Made by a program: the position numbers and the translations under genes
Notes under the pieces: generated by a model
What the model saw: only the letters and a program-made list of their open reading frames with translations
Told to the model about the DNA's origin: nothing
Database searches by the model: none
From: an uncultured bacterium
GTDB taxonomy: Bacteria; Cyanobacteriota; Cyanobacteriia; PCC-6307; Cyanobiaceae
Direction of reading: 5' to 3'
Length of the DNA stretch: 64,000 nt
Assembly: GCA_942491175.1 (NCBI GenBank)
Contig: CALNZO010000012.1
Coordinates: 57,521-121,520, forward strand
Part shown: positions 42,126 through 52,063 of the stretch, piece by piece
Layout: each line of letters starts with the position of its first letter
Numbering within the stretch: the first letter of the stretch is position 1

Positions 42126-42311
42126 TTACCAATTACCGACCCTTTTAAGTGCGGTGTAGTACTCGATGATGGCATCTTCCAGGATGGCCTTCGTTGTGGA
42201 GGGCAGCTGGATCCGCTCACGATAGGCCTGGATCTTTTCGATCATCTCCAGACATTCCTCGCTCAGCAGCTCCTCGATCGGATCCGGCTGTTCCGCGGAG
42301 TTGGCTGCCAC
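42126..42311 (-). CDS. small hypothetical protein (about 61 aa)
   Basis: GTG start after AAGAGG; helical, charged sequence ending STTKAILEDAIIEYYTALKRVGNW; visibly lower GC than flanks. Confidence 0.55.
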   Translation of the reverse strand: MAANSAEQPDPIEELLSEECLEMIEKIQAYRERIQLPSTTKAILEDAIIEYYTALKRVGNW

Positions 42312-42615
42312 CTCTGACCTCTTCGGTACGACATGTCCAGTCTGCCACCCCTTCGCGGCGAGCGTCCCAGGAATCGTTCCTCCAGCGCAGGACATCGAAA
42401 AGGGTGTCTTTGCCAACAAACCAAGGATCAGCCAAGGCTGATGCAAACCCCGGCCGATTCGCTTCGAACGAGGCAGCAGATCGGGCGGCCCGGGAGTGAT
42501 ACGCACCCGGCACAGGGCCATCGCCAGAGCTGGATCCAAGAAGAATCCCCAACCCGATTCTGTCCGGTCCGTACTCCTGCCGGCACCCGCGCCTGGGCTC
42601 GGCAGGTTGTTGCAG

Positions 42616-42686
42616 AGGCGGCACCCAGATTCGAACTGGGGATAAAGGATTTGCAATCCTCTGCCTTACCACTTGGCCATGCCGCC
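42616..42686 (-). tRNA. tRNA-Cys(GCA)
   Basis: GGCGGCATGGCCAAGTGGTAAGGCAGAGGATTGCAAATCCTTTATCCCCAGTTCGAATCTGGGTGCCGCCT. Confidence 0.98.
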
Positions 42687-42730
42687 TGCCGGGGAGCAAA
42701 CTCCCCGCAGCGGATCGTATCAGCCATGGC

Positions 42731-44005
42731 ATGCCCTCCCCCCGTCTGCTGGTCCTGAGCAATGGCCACGGGGAGGATCTGATCGCCCTGCGGCTGATCG
42801 AGGCTCTGCGGCGACAGCAGCCCGCTCTGGGGGTGCACGTGCTGCCCCTGGTGGGCGAAGGCCAGGCCTTCGCCGCCCTCGAGGCGGCCGGGGAGCTGCA
42901 GCGGGTGGGGCCACACCTGGCGCTGCCCAGCGGCGGCTTCAGCAACCAGAGCCTGCGCGGGCTGCTGAGGGATCTGGCAGCAGGCCTGCCGCTGCTGAGC
43001 TGGCGCCAGTGGCGGATCGTGCGGGACTGGGGTCGGCAGGGCCTGCCGACCCTGGCGGTGGGCGACCTGCTGCCCCTGCTGCTGGCCTGGGCTGGAGGCG
43101 GGCCCTACGGCTTCCTGGGAACCCCGAAAAGCGACCACACCTGGGCTTCGCCGCCGCCGGCGGGCTGGGGCCGCTCCCCCCTGGCCGACGGCTACCACCG
43201 GGCCAAGGGCAGCGAATGGGACCCTTGGGAGTGGGCGCTGATGGGCCATCGCCGCTGCCGGCTGGTGGCGGTGCGTGATCGCCTCACTGCCCGGGGGCTG
43301 CGGCGCCATGGGGTGGGGGCCACCGCCCCGGGCAATCCGATGATGGATGGCTTCGCCCCTTCCCCGCCGCTGCCCGCCTGGCTGCAGGGACGGCACCGAC
43401 TGATGATGCTTCCCGGCAGCCGTCTGCCCGAGGCCATGGGCAATCTGCGCGCCCTGCTGGCCGCCCTGCCGCCGGCCGGGCCGCACCGACCGATCAGCGT
43501 GCTGCTGGCCACAGGCGCCCGTCCCAGCGCTGCCGAGCTGGCCGATCCCCTCGCCGCGGCGGGGTTCGTCCCCAGCGACGTTCCACAGGGCAGCGATGCC
43601 GCCGCCCTGTGGCGCCGGGGCCCGCTCGAGCTGCTGGTGGGTCCGGGCCGGTTCACGGCCTGGGCTCCCCTGGCGGAGCTGGGGCTGGCCACCGCCGGCA
43701 CGGCCACCGAGCAGCTGGTGGGCCTGGGGGTGCCGGCCCTGTCGCTGCCGGGGCCCGGCCCCCAGTTCAAGGCAGGCTTCGCCCGGCGACAGAGCCGGCT
43801 CCTGGGGGGGGCGGTGCAGCCCTGCCACAGCCCCGAGGAATTGCGGCTGCGCCTGATCACCCTGCTCGACGACGACCTGCTTCGGGCCCGGCTGGGCCGC
43901 ATCGGCCGGCGACGGATGGGGCCCGCCGGCGGCAGCGAGCGGCTGGCGGCCCTCATCCGGGAGCGGCTGCTGGCGGGGCCCAGGAACGAAAGGGCCAGGG
44001 ACTGA
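42731..44005 (+). CDS. lipid-A-disaccharide synthase-related protein
   Basis: LSNGHGEDLIA, LPLVGEG, LPSGGF, GNPMMDG, LPGSR, AGTATEQLVGLG, GPQF. Confidence 0.85.
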   Translation: MPSPRLLVLSNGHGEDLIALRLIEALRRQQPALGVHVLPLVGEGQAFAALEAAGELQRVGPHLALPSGGFSNQSLRGLLRDLAAGLPLLSWRQWRIVRDWGRQGLPTLAVGDLLPLLLAWAGGGPYGFLGTPKSDHTWASPPPAGWGRSPLADGYHRAKGSEWDPWEWALMGHRRCRLVAVRDRLTARGLRRHGVGATAPGNPMMDGFAPSPPLPAWLQGRHRLMMLPGSRLPEAMGNLRALLAALPPAGPHRPISVLLATGARPSAAELADPLAAAGFVPSDVPQGSDAAALWRRGPLELLVGPGRFTAWAPLAELGLATAGTATEQLVGLGVPALSLPGPGPQFKAGFARRQSRLLGGAVQPCHSPEELRLRLITLLDDDLLRARLGRIGRRRMGPAGGSERLAALIRERLLAGPRNERARD

Positions 44006-44054
44006 CGGGGGCCGGGGGATGATGGGCCGAACGTCCCCTCCTCTCCCGCAGCGA

Positions 44055-44312
44055 ATGCCAGGCATCCCTGACCGCCTTTTCAACGCCGCCTGCGGTCACC
44101 TGGCCACCCACCTGGGCATCAGCCTGGCCTCGGCCCGCCGGCGGGTGGAGATCCTGGCGGCGAAGGAGGGCCTCAGGGACACCGCCGCCAAACAGGCCCT
44201 GGCGGAGCGGCTGCTCGCGGAGACCAGATCCAGCGGCCTCGACCGGGGCCAGCTGTTCGATGGTCAGCTGAGATCGGTGGGGGAGGACGACCTGTTCATG
44301 ATCGAGGACTGA
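44055..44312 (+). CDS. conserved hypothetical protein
   Basis: LGISLASARRRVE...DDLFMIED; host-like codon usage. Confidence 0.7.
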   Translation: MPGIPDRLFNAACGHLATHLGISLASARRRVEILAAKEGLRDTAAKQALAERLLAETRSSGLDRGQLFDGQLRSVGEDDLFMIED

Positions 44313-44339
44313 AGGACCGAGGAGGACTCGGGGATCGAC

Positions 44340-45005
44340 TCAGTGCTCGAAGACGTGGGTGAAGCGCTGCCGGTCGAGGGCGGAGAACACCGGGACGCAG
44401 GCGAAGCAGCGGCAGGCCAGATCCCAGCGTTCCTCCCGTCGCAGCATCACCTCCAGCCGGTCCCGTGCGGCGAGCAGCCAGCGCACGTCACCGGCGGCGT
44501 AGGCCAGCTGGGTGTCGCTGAGTTCCTCCACCCGGCCCCAGTCCGAACTCTGGGCCTGCTTGTCGAGCTCCACTCCCACCAGCTCGTTGACCACATCCTT
44601 GAGGCCGTGGCGGGGGGAATAGGTGCGGGCCAGGCGGCTGGCGACCTTGGTACAGAAGACCGGATCCACGGCGATGCCGAGGTTCTCGGCCAGGGCCGCC
44701 ACGTCGAAGCGGGCGAAATGAAACACCTTCTCGATGGCAGGGTCCTCGCAGAGGGCCTTCAGCCGCGGCGCCTCGCTCTGCCCCCGCGCCAGACGAATGC
44801 AGCAGACATTGTCGTCGTCGTCGCAGATCTGCACCAGACAGAGGCGGTCGCGGCCATGGATCAGCCCCATGGCCTCGGTGTCGATGGCCAGGGCCCGGGC
44901 CCCGCTGTAGCGCTCCAGCCAGCTGGCGTCGAGGTCACCGTCGAAGACGGCGAAACGGGCGGGCGCACCCGGACTGGCACTGCCGGTGGAAGGGGTCTGG
45001 GCCAT
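44340..45005 (-). CDS. ribonuclease D-like 3'-5' exonuclease
   Basis: AIDTEAMGL, DRLCLVQI, KVFHFARFD, QSSDWG, YAAGDV (DEDDy motifs). Confidence 0.92.
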   Translation of the reverse strand: MAQTPSTGSASPGAPARFAVFDGDLDASWLERYSGARALAIDTEAMGLIHGRDRLCLVQICDDDDNVCCIRLARGQSEAPRLKALCEDPAIEKVFHFARFDVAALAENLGIAVDPVFCTKVASRLARTYSPRHGLKDVVNELVGVELDKQAQSSDWGRVEELSDTQLAYAAGDVRWLLAARDRLEVMLRREERWDLACRCFACVPVFSALDRQRFTHVFEH

Positions 45006-45109
45006 CGCGGGGCATGGGAGGGTGAGGCCATCGTGGCCCACGGCCTCCGCCGCCCCTGTCAGTCCCGGGAGGGCTGGGACACAATGAACTGCCGAATGGC
45101 CTTGCTGCA

Positions 45110-45661
45110 ATGCCCACCCTGGGTTCGACCCTCCTGCTCACCCTGCTGATGGCCATCGGTCTGGTGTTCTTCCTCCGGGCCGCCAGCAAGGACCGCACCA
45201 CCGTGGTGGAGGTGCATTCGCCCCATCCCCCCGTCCAGGTGCTCGAGGGGCTCTCCAGCTGGCTCACCGCCCGGGGCTGGCAGACGGAAACCGGGGACCC
45301 CGAGCGTCAGCTGCTGCGCTTCCGCGGCCAGGTGCGCTCCAGCCTGCCCCTGGCCGTTCTGTTGTCCCTGCTGGGCAGCATCGGGGCGGCCTGTCTGGGC
45401 CTGGTGCTGCGTCAGGTGCTGCCCTCGCTGGGCTGGTGGCCCCTGCTGCTGGCCCTGGTGGGCCCGGCGGCGGGTCTGCTCTACCGCCGGCGGGCCGCCA
45501 GGCCGGAGAGCCTGGAACTGCGCCTGATGAACGAGGACGCCGGAGGCGGCAGCACCCTGCGGCTGCGGGCCCATCGCGACGAGCTGATCGCGATCGAACG
45601 GGAACTGGGGCCCCGGCTCGGTCTGGCCAGCGACGGCTCCCTGCTCGCCTCGCCGATCTGA
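45110..45661 (+). CDS. cofactor assembly of complex C subunit B (CCB1-like)
   Basis: STLLLTLLMAIGLVFFLRAASKDRT N-terminus and HRDEL C-terminal motif. Confidence 0.85.
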   Translation: MPTLGSTLLLTLLMAIGLVFFLRAASKDRTTVVEVHSPHPPVQVLEGLSSWLTARGWQTETGDPERQLLRFRGQVRSSLPLAVLLSLLGSIGAACLGLVLRQVLPSLGWWPLLLALVGPAAGLLYRRRAARPESLELRLMNEDAGGGSTLRLRAHRDELIAIERELGPRLGLASDGSLLASPI

Positions 45662-45665
45662 GCCG

Positions 45666-46543
45666 ATGCCCCCCGTCTGACGGCGCGCCTGCTGGGGCCA
45701 GCGCTCCTGATCGGCACCCTGGCCCCGCTCACCACGGCCGCCCGCAGCGCCGAAACCGCCCGGCCAGGAGGAACCATCGCCCCCCCAGGCCAGCGCCTGG
45801 CCACCGCCGATCCGATCACCGGTCCCCGCAGTCGCCTGGGTCGGGACTGGATCGGCACCCGCCCGATCGATCCGGACACCCGGATCCTGGTGATGGCCGG
45901 CCATGCCGACTCCCAGGGCCGCGGTGGCTCCGGCACCACCGGCGCCGCCGTGGCCGGGGGGGGCCGGCCGATGCTCCCGGGCATCAGTGATGAGCTCTAC
46001 TGGAACATGGCCGTCGCCGAGGCGGTGGTGGCCCTGGGCCGGCAGCGGGGGCTGAGCATCGCCTACTACCGCCCGCCGTTCCGCACCATCGCCGATGGCG
46101 ACCACCCCAGCACCAACTGGAGCGTGGGTCGCCGTCACGCCGCCGCGGGCGGCTACGCCCTGGAGATCCACTTCGACGCCTGGGGCCCCTCGGGGATCGG
46201 ATCGGGGCTGATCCCGCCGCTGCACCGCCCCTTCAGCCGCATCGACGAGAGCCTGGCCAGGGAATTCGGCGGCTACCCGATGGCCTTCCGCGGCGGCCTT
46301 GGGGGGCCCAGGCGCGGCATCGCCCTGCTGGAGGTGGGCCAGCTGGAAGGCACCCTGGAGCGCTCCCTGCGCAACCCCGCCACCCGGTCCGACACCGTGC
46401 GGCGCGTCGCCAGCCGCATCGTCACGGCGCTGGAGCTCGGCCTGGGGCGCAACGCCGTGAGCCCTGCCCCCCCTGCCCCTCATCCCACCGCCTGGTGGGG
46501 GCGGCAGTGTTCCTCCAGGGAAGGGTCTTCAAGCCAGTTCTGA
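45666..46543 (+). CDS. N-acetylmuramoyl-L-alanine amidase-like exported protein; ATG out of frame by one base
   Basis: [10 protein letters not shown]-x-x-[15 protein letters not shown] resemble Amidase_3 zinc motifs; open frame with a signal peptide extends upstream to about 45670. Confidence 0.7.
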
Positions 46544-47505
46544 GGGCGAGTGAACAGGTCGGTGAGCAGGGCCTCCCGGCTGCCGGGCTCGGCCGAGTAG
46601 CCGTACTCCCAGCGCACCAGGGGCGGCAGGGACATCAGGATCGACTCGGTGCGGCCGTTGGTCTGCAGGCCGAAGATCGTGCCCCGGTCGAACACCAGAT
46701 TGAACTCCACGTAGCGTCCCCGGCGGTAGAGCTGGAACTGGCGCTCCACCTCCCCCCAGGGAAGGCCGGCGCGGCGCTTCACGATCGGCCCGTAGCTCGG
46801 CAGAAAGGCATGGCCGCAGGCCGAGGCCAGGGCAAACAGCTGCTCCCAGTCCTGGCGGATCGGGCCGACGGCGGCGCTGGCCGCGGCAGCAGGGCCCTGG
46901 GAGTCGCCGCCCTTGTACAGCACCCCGCCGGGGTCCTGATAGTCGTAGAAGATGCCGCCCACGCCCCGGGTCTCGCCCCGGTGCTTGAGGAAGAAGTATT
47001 CATCGCACCAGGGCTTGAACACCTTGTAGTAAGAGGGATGCACGCCATCGCAGGCCCCCTTGAGGGTGCGATGGAAGTGGCGGGCATCCTCGAGGAAGGG
47101 GTAGTAGGGCGTCAGGTCGGCGCCGCCGCCGAACCACCACACGGGCCCGGCCTCGAAGTAGCGGTAGTTGAGGTGGACCGTGGGCACGTAGGGATTGCGG
47201 GGGTGCAGCACCATCGAGGTACCGGTGGCGAACCAGCGCTGCCCCTCCGCCTCGGGCCGCTGGGCCAGGATCGATGGAGGCAGGCGATCCCCCTCCACCT
47301 CGGAGAAATTGACCCCGCCCTGCTCGAACACCCGGCCCTCCTTCATCACCCGGGAACGGCCGCCGCCCCCCTCCGGCCGCTCCCAGCTCTGCTGCTCGAA
47401 GCTCCCCTCCCCGTCGAGGTCCTCGAGGCCCGCACAGATCGAATCCTGCAGGCCCATCAGCAGGGCCCTGGCCCTGCTGCGGGAATCGGCGGGGGGCATC
47501 TCCAT
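46480..47505 (-). CDS. hemF: oxygen-dependent coproporphyrinogen III oxidase
   Basis: [55 protein letters not shown]. Confidence 0.98.
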   Translation of the reverse strand: MEMPPADSRSRARALLMGLQDSICAGLEDLDGEGSFEQQSWERPEGGGGRSRVMKEGRVFEQGGVNFSEVEGDRLPPSILAQRPEAEGQRWFATGTSMVLHPRNPYVPTVHLNYRYFEAGPVWWFGGGADLTPYYPFLEDARHFHRTLKGACDGVHPSYYKVFKPWCDEYFFLKHRGETRGVGGIFYDYQDPGGVLYKGGDSQGPAAAASAAVGPIRQDWEQLFALASACGHAFLPSYGPIVKRRAGLPWGEVERQFQLYRRGRYVEFNLVFDRGTIFGLQTNGRTESILMSLPPLVRWEYGYSAEPGSREALLTDLFTRPQNWLEDPSLEEHCRPHQAVG

Positions 47506-47688
47506 GGAGCGGCGGCGCGTTGGACGCGGAACATCGGCTCACCATTTCAGCCCGCCGGGGGGCCTCACAAGGGTTCGAGAGCCTCTGTCATGGGCCGTTG
47601 GCGACCCGGCGGAGCCCCATCCCGCTGCCGACTGCCCCCGGGTGCCGCCCCTAGGATCGCGGTCCGTACTCACTCCTGATCCCGCCGG

Positions 47689-48795
47689 ATGGCCAGCGCC
47701 GACACCCTCCTCCAGGCCCTGCAGCCGCTGCGCGATGCGGGCAGCGGCCGCAGCCTGCTGGAGCTGGGCTGGATCAGCGACCTGCGTCAGCAGGGCCACC
47801 GGGCCGTGTTCCGGCTGGCCCTGCCCGGCTTCGCCGCCAGCCAGCGGGATCGCATCGCCGCCGAGGCCCGCAGGAGCCTTCTGGAGGTGGAAGGGATCGA
47901 GGATGTGCAGATCGAACTGGCCCAGCCCGCCGCGGCTCCCTCCTCGGGGCCGATCGGGGCCGCCGGCCACGGCCCTGGCGGTGCCCAGCTGCCGGAACGC
48001 CAGGGGATCCCCGGGGTGCGTCAGGTGATCGCCGTCAGCAGCGGCAAGGGGGGGGTGGGCAAGAGCACGGTCGCGGTGAACCTGGCCTGTGCCCTGGCCG
48101 CTTCCGGCCTGCGGGTGGGCCTGCTCGACGCCGACATCTACGGCCCCAATGCCCCCACCATGCTGGGGGTGGCCGACCGCAGCCCCCAGGTGCGCGGCAG
48201 CGGCAGCGACCAGGTGCTGGAGCCGATCGAGAGCTGCGGCATCGTGATGGTGTCGATGGGGCTGCTGATCCAGGAGAACCAGCCGGTGGTCTGGCGGGGC
48301 CCCATGCTCAACGGCATCATCCGCCAGTTTCTCTATCAGGTGAACTGGGGCGAGCGCGATGTGCTGGTGGTGGATCTGCCCCCCGGCACCGGCGATGCCC
48401 AGCTCACCCTCGCCCAGGCCGTGCCGATGGCCGGCGTGGTGATCGTCACCACCCCCCAGCAGGTGTCCCTGCAGGATGCCCGCCGCGGCCTGGCCATGTT
48501 CCTGCAGATGGGAGTGCCGGTGCTGGGGGTGGTGGAGAACATGACCGCCTTCATCCCCCCCGATCTGCCCGACCGCCGCTACGCCCTCTTCGGCAGCGGC
48601 GGCGGTCAGCTGCTGGCTGACGAGGCGGGGGTGCCCCTGCTGGCCCAGCTGCCCATGGAGATGCCCGTGCTCGAGGGCGGAGAGCGGGGGGTGCCGGTGG
48701 TGCTGGCCCTGCCGACTTCGGCCAGCGGCCGGGCCTTCACCGAGCTCGCCGCCCAGCTGAGTGCCGGCTGCGCCCTCAGCCCGGCCCTCGCCTGA
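47689..48795 (+). CDS. mrp: Mrp/NBP35 Fe-S cluster carrier ATPase
   Basis: [36 protein letters not shown]. Confidence 0.95.
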   Translation: MASADTLLQALQPLRDAGSGRSLLELGWISDLRQQGHRAVFRLALPGFAASQRDRIAAEARRSLLEVEGIEDVQIELAQPAAAPSSGPIGAAGHGPGGAQLPERQGIPGVRQVIAVSSGKGGVGKSTVAVNLACALAASGLRVGLLDADIYGPNAPTMLGVADRSPQVRGSGSDQVLEPIESCGIVMVSMGLLIQENQPVVWRGPMLNGIIRQFLYQVNWGERDVLVVDLPPGTGDAQLTLAQAVPMAGVVIVTTPQQVSLQDARRGLAMFLQMGVPVLGVVENMTAFIPPDLPDRRYALFGSGGGQLLADEAGVPLLAQLPMEMPVLEGGERGVPVVLALPTSASGRAFTELAAQLSAGCALSPALA

Positions 48796-48799
48796 AGCG

Positions 48800-50068
48800 A
48801 TGGCGGTCCTCAGCCCCCGGCGCGGTGGCTTCGCCGCCAGGGGGCCCAAGCGCCGGGGGCTGGGCTTCGACCCGATTCTCTGGGGCATCCCCATCGCCAT
48901 GACCCTGCTGGCGGGGATCCTGATCGCCAGCACCCAGCGCCAGGCCGACTACGCCGACTGGTACCAGCACTGGATCACCGGCGGGGTGGGCTTCGGCCTC
49001 GGCCTGCTGCTGGCCCGGCTGCCCATGGACCAGCTGCAGCGTTTTCAGTGGCCGATCTACGTGGTGACCATGGCCAGCCTGATCGCCGTGCGCGTGGTGG
49101 GGACCTCCGCCCTCGGAGCCCAGCGCTGGATCAGCATCGCCGGCTTCCACGTGCAGCCGTCGGAATTCGCCAAGCTCGCCGCCGTGCTGCTGCTGGCGGC
49201 GTTGCTGTCCCGCTACCCGGTGGAACGGCCCGTGGATCTGGTGCGCCCGATCCTGCTGATCCTGCCCCCCTGGGCGCTGGTGTTCATCCAGCCGGATCTC
49301 GGCACCTCCCTGGTGTTCGGCGCCGTGCTGCTGGTGATGCTCTACTGGGCCGGCATGCCCCTGGCCTGGCTGGTGCTGCTGGTTTCGCCCGTGATCACCG
49401 CGGTCGTGGCGGGAGTGCTGCCCTGGGGCCTGCTGGTCTGGATTCCCCTGATGGGCTGGTTGGCCTGGAGCTCTCTGCCCTGGAAACGCATCGCCCTGGG
49501 GGTGGTGCTCGCCGTGGAAGGCGGCTTCGCGGCGGTCACTCCCGTGCTGTGGCTCCATGGCCTCAAGGATTACCAGCGCGACCGACTGGTGCTCTTCCTC
49601 GATCCCTCCAAGGATCCCCTGGGGGGGGGATATCACCTGCTGCAGAGCAAGGTGGGCATCGGTTCGGGGGGCCTGTGGGGCACCGGGCTGATGCATGGCT
49701 CCCTCACCCGGCTGCGCTTCATTCCGGAGCAGCACACCGATTTCATCTTCAGCGCCCTGGGGGAGGAAACGGGCTATGTGGGCTCGGTGCTGGTGGTGCT
49801 GGGCTTCGCCCTGCTGGTGTGGCGGCTCCTGCGGATCGCCAGCAATGCGGTGACGGATGTGGAATCACTGATGGTGGTGGGCATCGGCGCCATGGTGATG
49901 TTCGCCGTGGTGGTCAACATCTTCATGACCATCGGCCTGGGCCCCGTGACGGGCATTCCCCTCCCCTGGCTGAGTTACGGCCGCTCGGCCCTGCTCGTCA
50001 ACTGCATGAGCATCGGCCTCTGTGCTTCGGTGGCCCGGCGCAGCCGCAGCCTGCGCAAATGGTGGTGA
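48800..50068 (+). CDS. rodA: rod shape-determining protein RodA
   Basis: GAQRWI, QPSEFAK, QPDLGT, FIPEQHTDFIFS, TGIPLPWLSYG. Confidence 0.95.
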   Translation: MAVLSPRRGGFAARGPKRRGLGFDPILWGIPIAMTLLAGILIASTQRQADYADWYQHWITGGVGFGLGLLLARLPMDQLQRFQWPIYVVTMASLIAVRVVGTSALGAQRWISIAGFHVQPSEFAKLAAVLLLAALLSRYPVERPVDLVRPILLILPPWALVFIQPDLGTSLVFGAVLLVMLYWAGMPLAWLVLLVSPVITAVVAGVLPWGLLVWIPLMGWLAWSSLPWKRIALGVVLAVEGGFAAVTPVLWLHGLKDYQRDRLVLFLDPSKDPLGGGYHLLQSKVGIGSGGLWGTGLMHGSLTRLRFIPEQHTDFIFSALGEETGYVGSVLVVLGFALLVWRLLRIASNAVTDVESLMVVGIGAMVMFAVVVNIFMTIGLGPVTGIPLPWLSYGRSALLVNCMSIGLCASVARRSRSLRKWW

Positions 50069-51462
50069 GTCTCGAGGCGCTGCGCGAGCTGCTGGCCAAG
50101 GACGTGCCGGCCGGCCGGGGGGACGAGGACAGCGTCCGACGCCAGTGGTGGGCCGCCCTGGCCACCGTCCAGGACGACCTGCTCGGCGCCGCCCCACCCC
50201 AGCCGGGGGTGTGGCTGGCGGCTCCCCTGCCGGCCCTCTACGAACCGGCCCTGCTGGAGTGGCTCGACGGCTGGGTCTGGACGCCGGCCGAGGTGGGCAA
50301 CCTCATGCCCTCGGGCCTGCCGCTGCTGCCCGGCATGCCGCCGCTGCCGGGGCCTCCCGGCCCCGCCCCCAGGGGAACGGCCGGACGGCCGGGGGGCTTC
50401 CGGCGCCTCAGCCTCCGCGAGGACGACGGCACCGACCCGGTGCTGGTGCTGATCACCCCGGCGGTTCAGGTGGCCCTGGCCCTGGACGGTCCCCCCCAGG
50501 GGCGCCGGCTGCTGGTGCGCTTCGAGGCCTCCATCCTGTCGGCGGCCCTGGAGCTGCTGGATCGCCGGCTGGCCGAGGACGATGCGGCCGCGGGCCTGGG
50601 CCTGCGCCGCCGCCTTCAGCTGCTGGGCCCGCTGCGCAACGACCCCGACCTGGGCACCCGCTTCTGGCCGCTGCTGGCCCAGCGCTTGGCCGCCATGGCC
50701 CCCAGCGTCACCCTTCAACCCCTGGTGCACGGGGACAGCCGGGCCGAGAGTCACGATGCGGTGAGCAGTGAACTGGCCCTGCTGGAAGCCCTCACCCATG
50801 AGGTGCGCACTCCCCTGGCCACCATCCGCACCCTGATCCGCTCCCTGCTGCGCCGCAGTGACCTGCCGGCGGTGGTGCGGCAGCGGCTGGAGCAGATCGA
50901 CGGGGAGTGCAGCGAGCAGATCGACCGCTTCGGGCTGATCTTCCTGGCGGCGGAACTGCAGCGCCAGCCGGGCAGTGGCCAGCCCCTGAGCGACAGCGAA
51001 CTGGCTCGGACGGACCTGAGCCGGCTGCTGTATCAGCTGGAGGATCTGTGGCAGCGCCAGCTGGGACGGCGGGACCTGAAGCTGGTGCTGGAGATCGGCG
51101 CCGATCTGCCGCCGGTGATGAGCGACCCCAGCCGGCTGGAAACCATGCTCGGTGGGCTGATGGACCGCTTCACCCGCAGCCTGCCCAGCGGCAGCCAGGT
51201 GCGGCTGCGGCTGCTGCCGGCGGGGTCGCGGCTGAAACTGCAGCTCAGCAGCGACGATCCCGAGAGCCGCGAGGCCGACGACCTGGCCGCCACCATCCCC
51301 ACCCCGGTGGGGCCGGTGCTCAGCTGGAACCCCGAGACCGGCAGCCTCCAGCTCAGCCGCCAGGCCACCCAGCGGCTGTTTCACCGCCTGGGGGGCCGGC
51401 TCACCGAACGGGGCGGCACCAACCTGACCGTGTTCTTCCCGGCGGCCGAGCGGGGGGGCTGA
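50059..51462 (+). CDS. sensor histidine kinase, Hik34-like
   Basis: H-box LTHEVRTPLATIRTL; atypical C-terminus (WNPETGSLQLS...LFHRLGGRL) without canonical G-boxes, as recalled for cyanobacterial Hik34. Confidence 0.8.
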   Translation: MVVSLEALRELLAKDVPAGRGDEDSVRRQWWAALATVQDDLLGAAPPQPGVWLAAPLPALYEPALLEWLDGWVWTPAEVGNLMPSGLPLLPGMPPLPGPPGPAPRGTAGRPGGFRRLSLREDDGTDPVLVLITPAVQVALALDGPPQGRRLLVRFEASILSAALELLDRRLAEDDAAAGLGLRRRLQLLGPLRNDPDLGTRFWPLLAQRLAAMAPSVTLQPLVHGDSRAESHDAVSSELALLEALTHEVRTPLATIRTLIRSLLRRSDLPAVVRQRLEQIDGECSEQIDRFGLIFLAAELQRQPGSGQPLSDSELARTDLSRLLYQLEDLWQRQLGRRDLKLVLEIGADLPPVMSDPSRLETMLGGLMDRFTRSLPSGSQVRLRLLPAGSRLKLQLSSDDPESREADDLAATIPTPVGPVLSWNPETGSLQLSRQATQRLFHRLGGRLTERGGTNLTVFFPAAERGG

Positions 51463-51563
51463 GGGAGCGAACCGGGTTTGTTGACGGGTGTGAAGAGTCC
51501 GCCGAGGTCGCTGGGATGGCCAAAAACACAGTGCTAGCTTCCCGCTGAAACGGTCTGCAAGTC

Positions 51564-51995
51564 ATGCCTGAAACGGCCCTCCACGGTCAACTTCCGAAGT
51601 CCATCGGCAGCACCGGTGGCTTGCTGAATTCCGCCGAAACCGAGGAGAAGTACGCGATCACCTGGAGCAGCTCCAAGGCCCAGGTGTTCGAACTCCCCAC
51701 CGGAGGCGCCGCCGAGATGCACGAGGGCGACAACCTCATGTATTTCTCCCGCAAGGAGCAGTGCCTGGCCCTGGGCACCCAGCTGCGCACCAAGTTCAAG
51801 CCCCGGATCGAGGACTACAAGATCTACCGGATCTACCCCGGCGGTGACACCGAATACCTCCATCCCAAGGACGGCGTCTTCCCCGAGAAGGTCAATGAAG
51901 GAAGGGAGATGGTCGGTCACGTGGCCCGCAGCATCGGCGCCAACCCCGACCCCGCCAGCCTCAAGTTCAGTGGCAAGGCCACCTACGACGCCTGA
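51564..51995 (+). CDS. psaD: photosystem I subunit II
   Basis: [36 protein letters not shown]. Confidence 0.99.
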   Translation: MPETALHGQLPKSIGSTGGLLNSAETEEKYAITWSSSKAQVFELPTGGAAEMHEGDNLMYFSRKEQCLALGTQLRTKFKPRIEDYKIYRIYPGGDTEYLHPKDGVFPEKVNEGREMVGHVARSIGANPDPASLKFSGKATYDA

Positions 51996-52020
51996 GTTGT
52001 ACCGGCCAGCATCTATAACG

Positions 52021-52046
52021 GCGGGGCCGTGAGCCCCGTTTTTTTT
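52021..52046 (+). terminator. intrinsic terminator after psaD
   Basis: GCGGGGC-CGTGA-GCCCCGT followed by a T run. Confidence 0.85.
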
Positions 52047-52063
52047 GCCTGCCTGTCGCCGTG

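Noticed and set aside
46480-46543. 64-bp convergent overlap of hemF and the amidase-like gene
   Set aside because: Tail-to-tail overlaps are common in compact GC-rich genomes, and the overlapping tail looks non-conserved.
49048-51462. 804-aa ORF suggesting a long N-terminal extension of the histidine kinase
   Set aside because: The first 337 codons overlap rodA in another frame and are low-complexity; the real start is near 50059.
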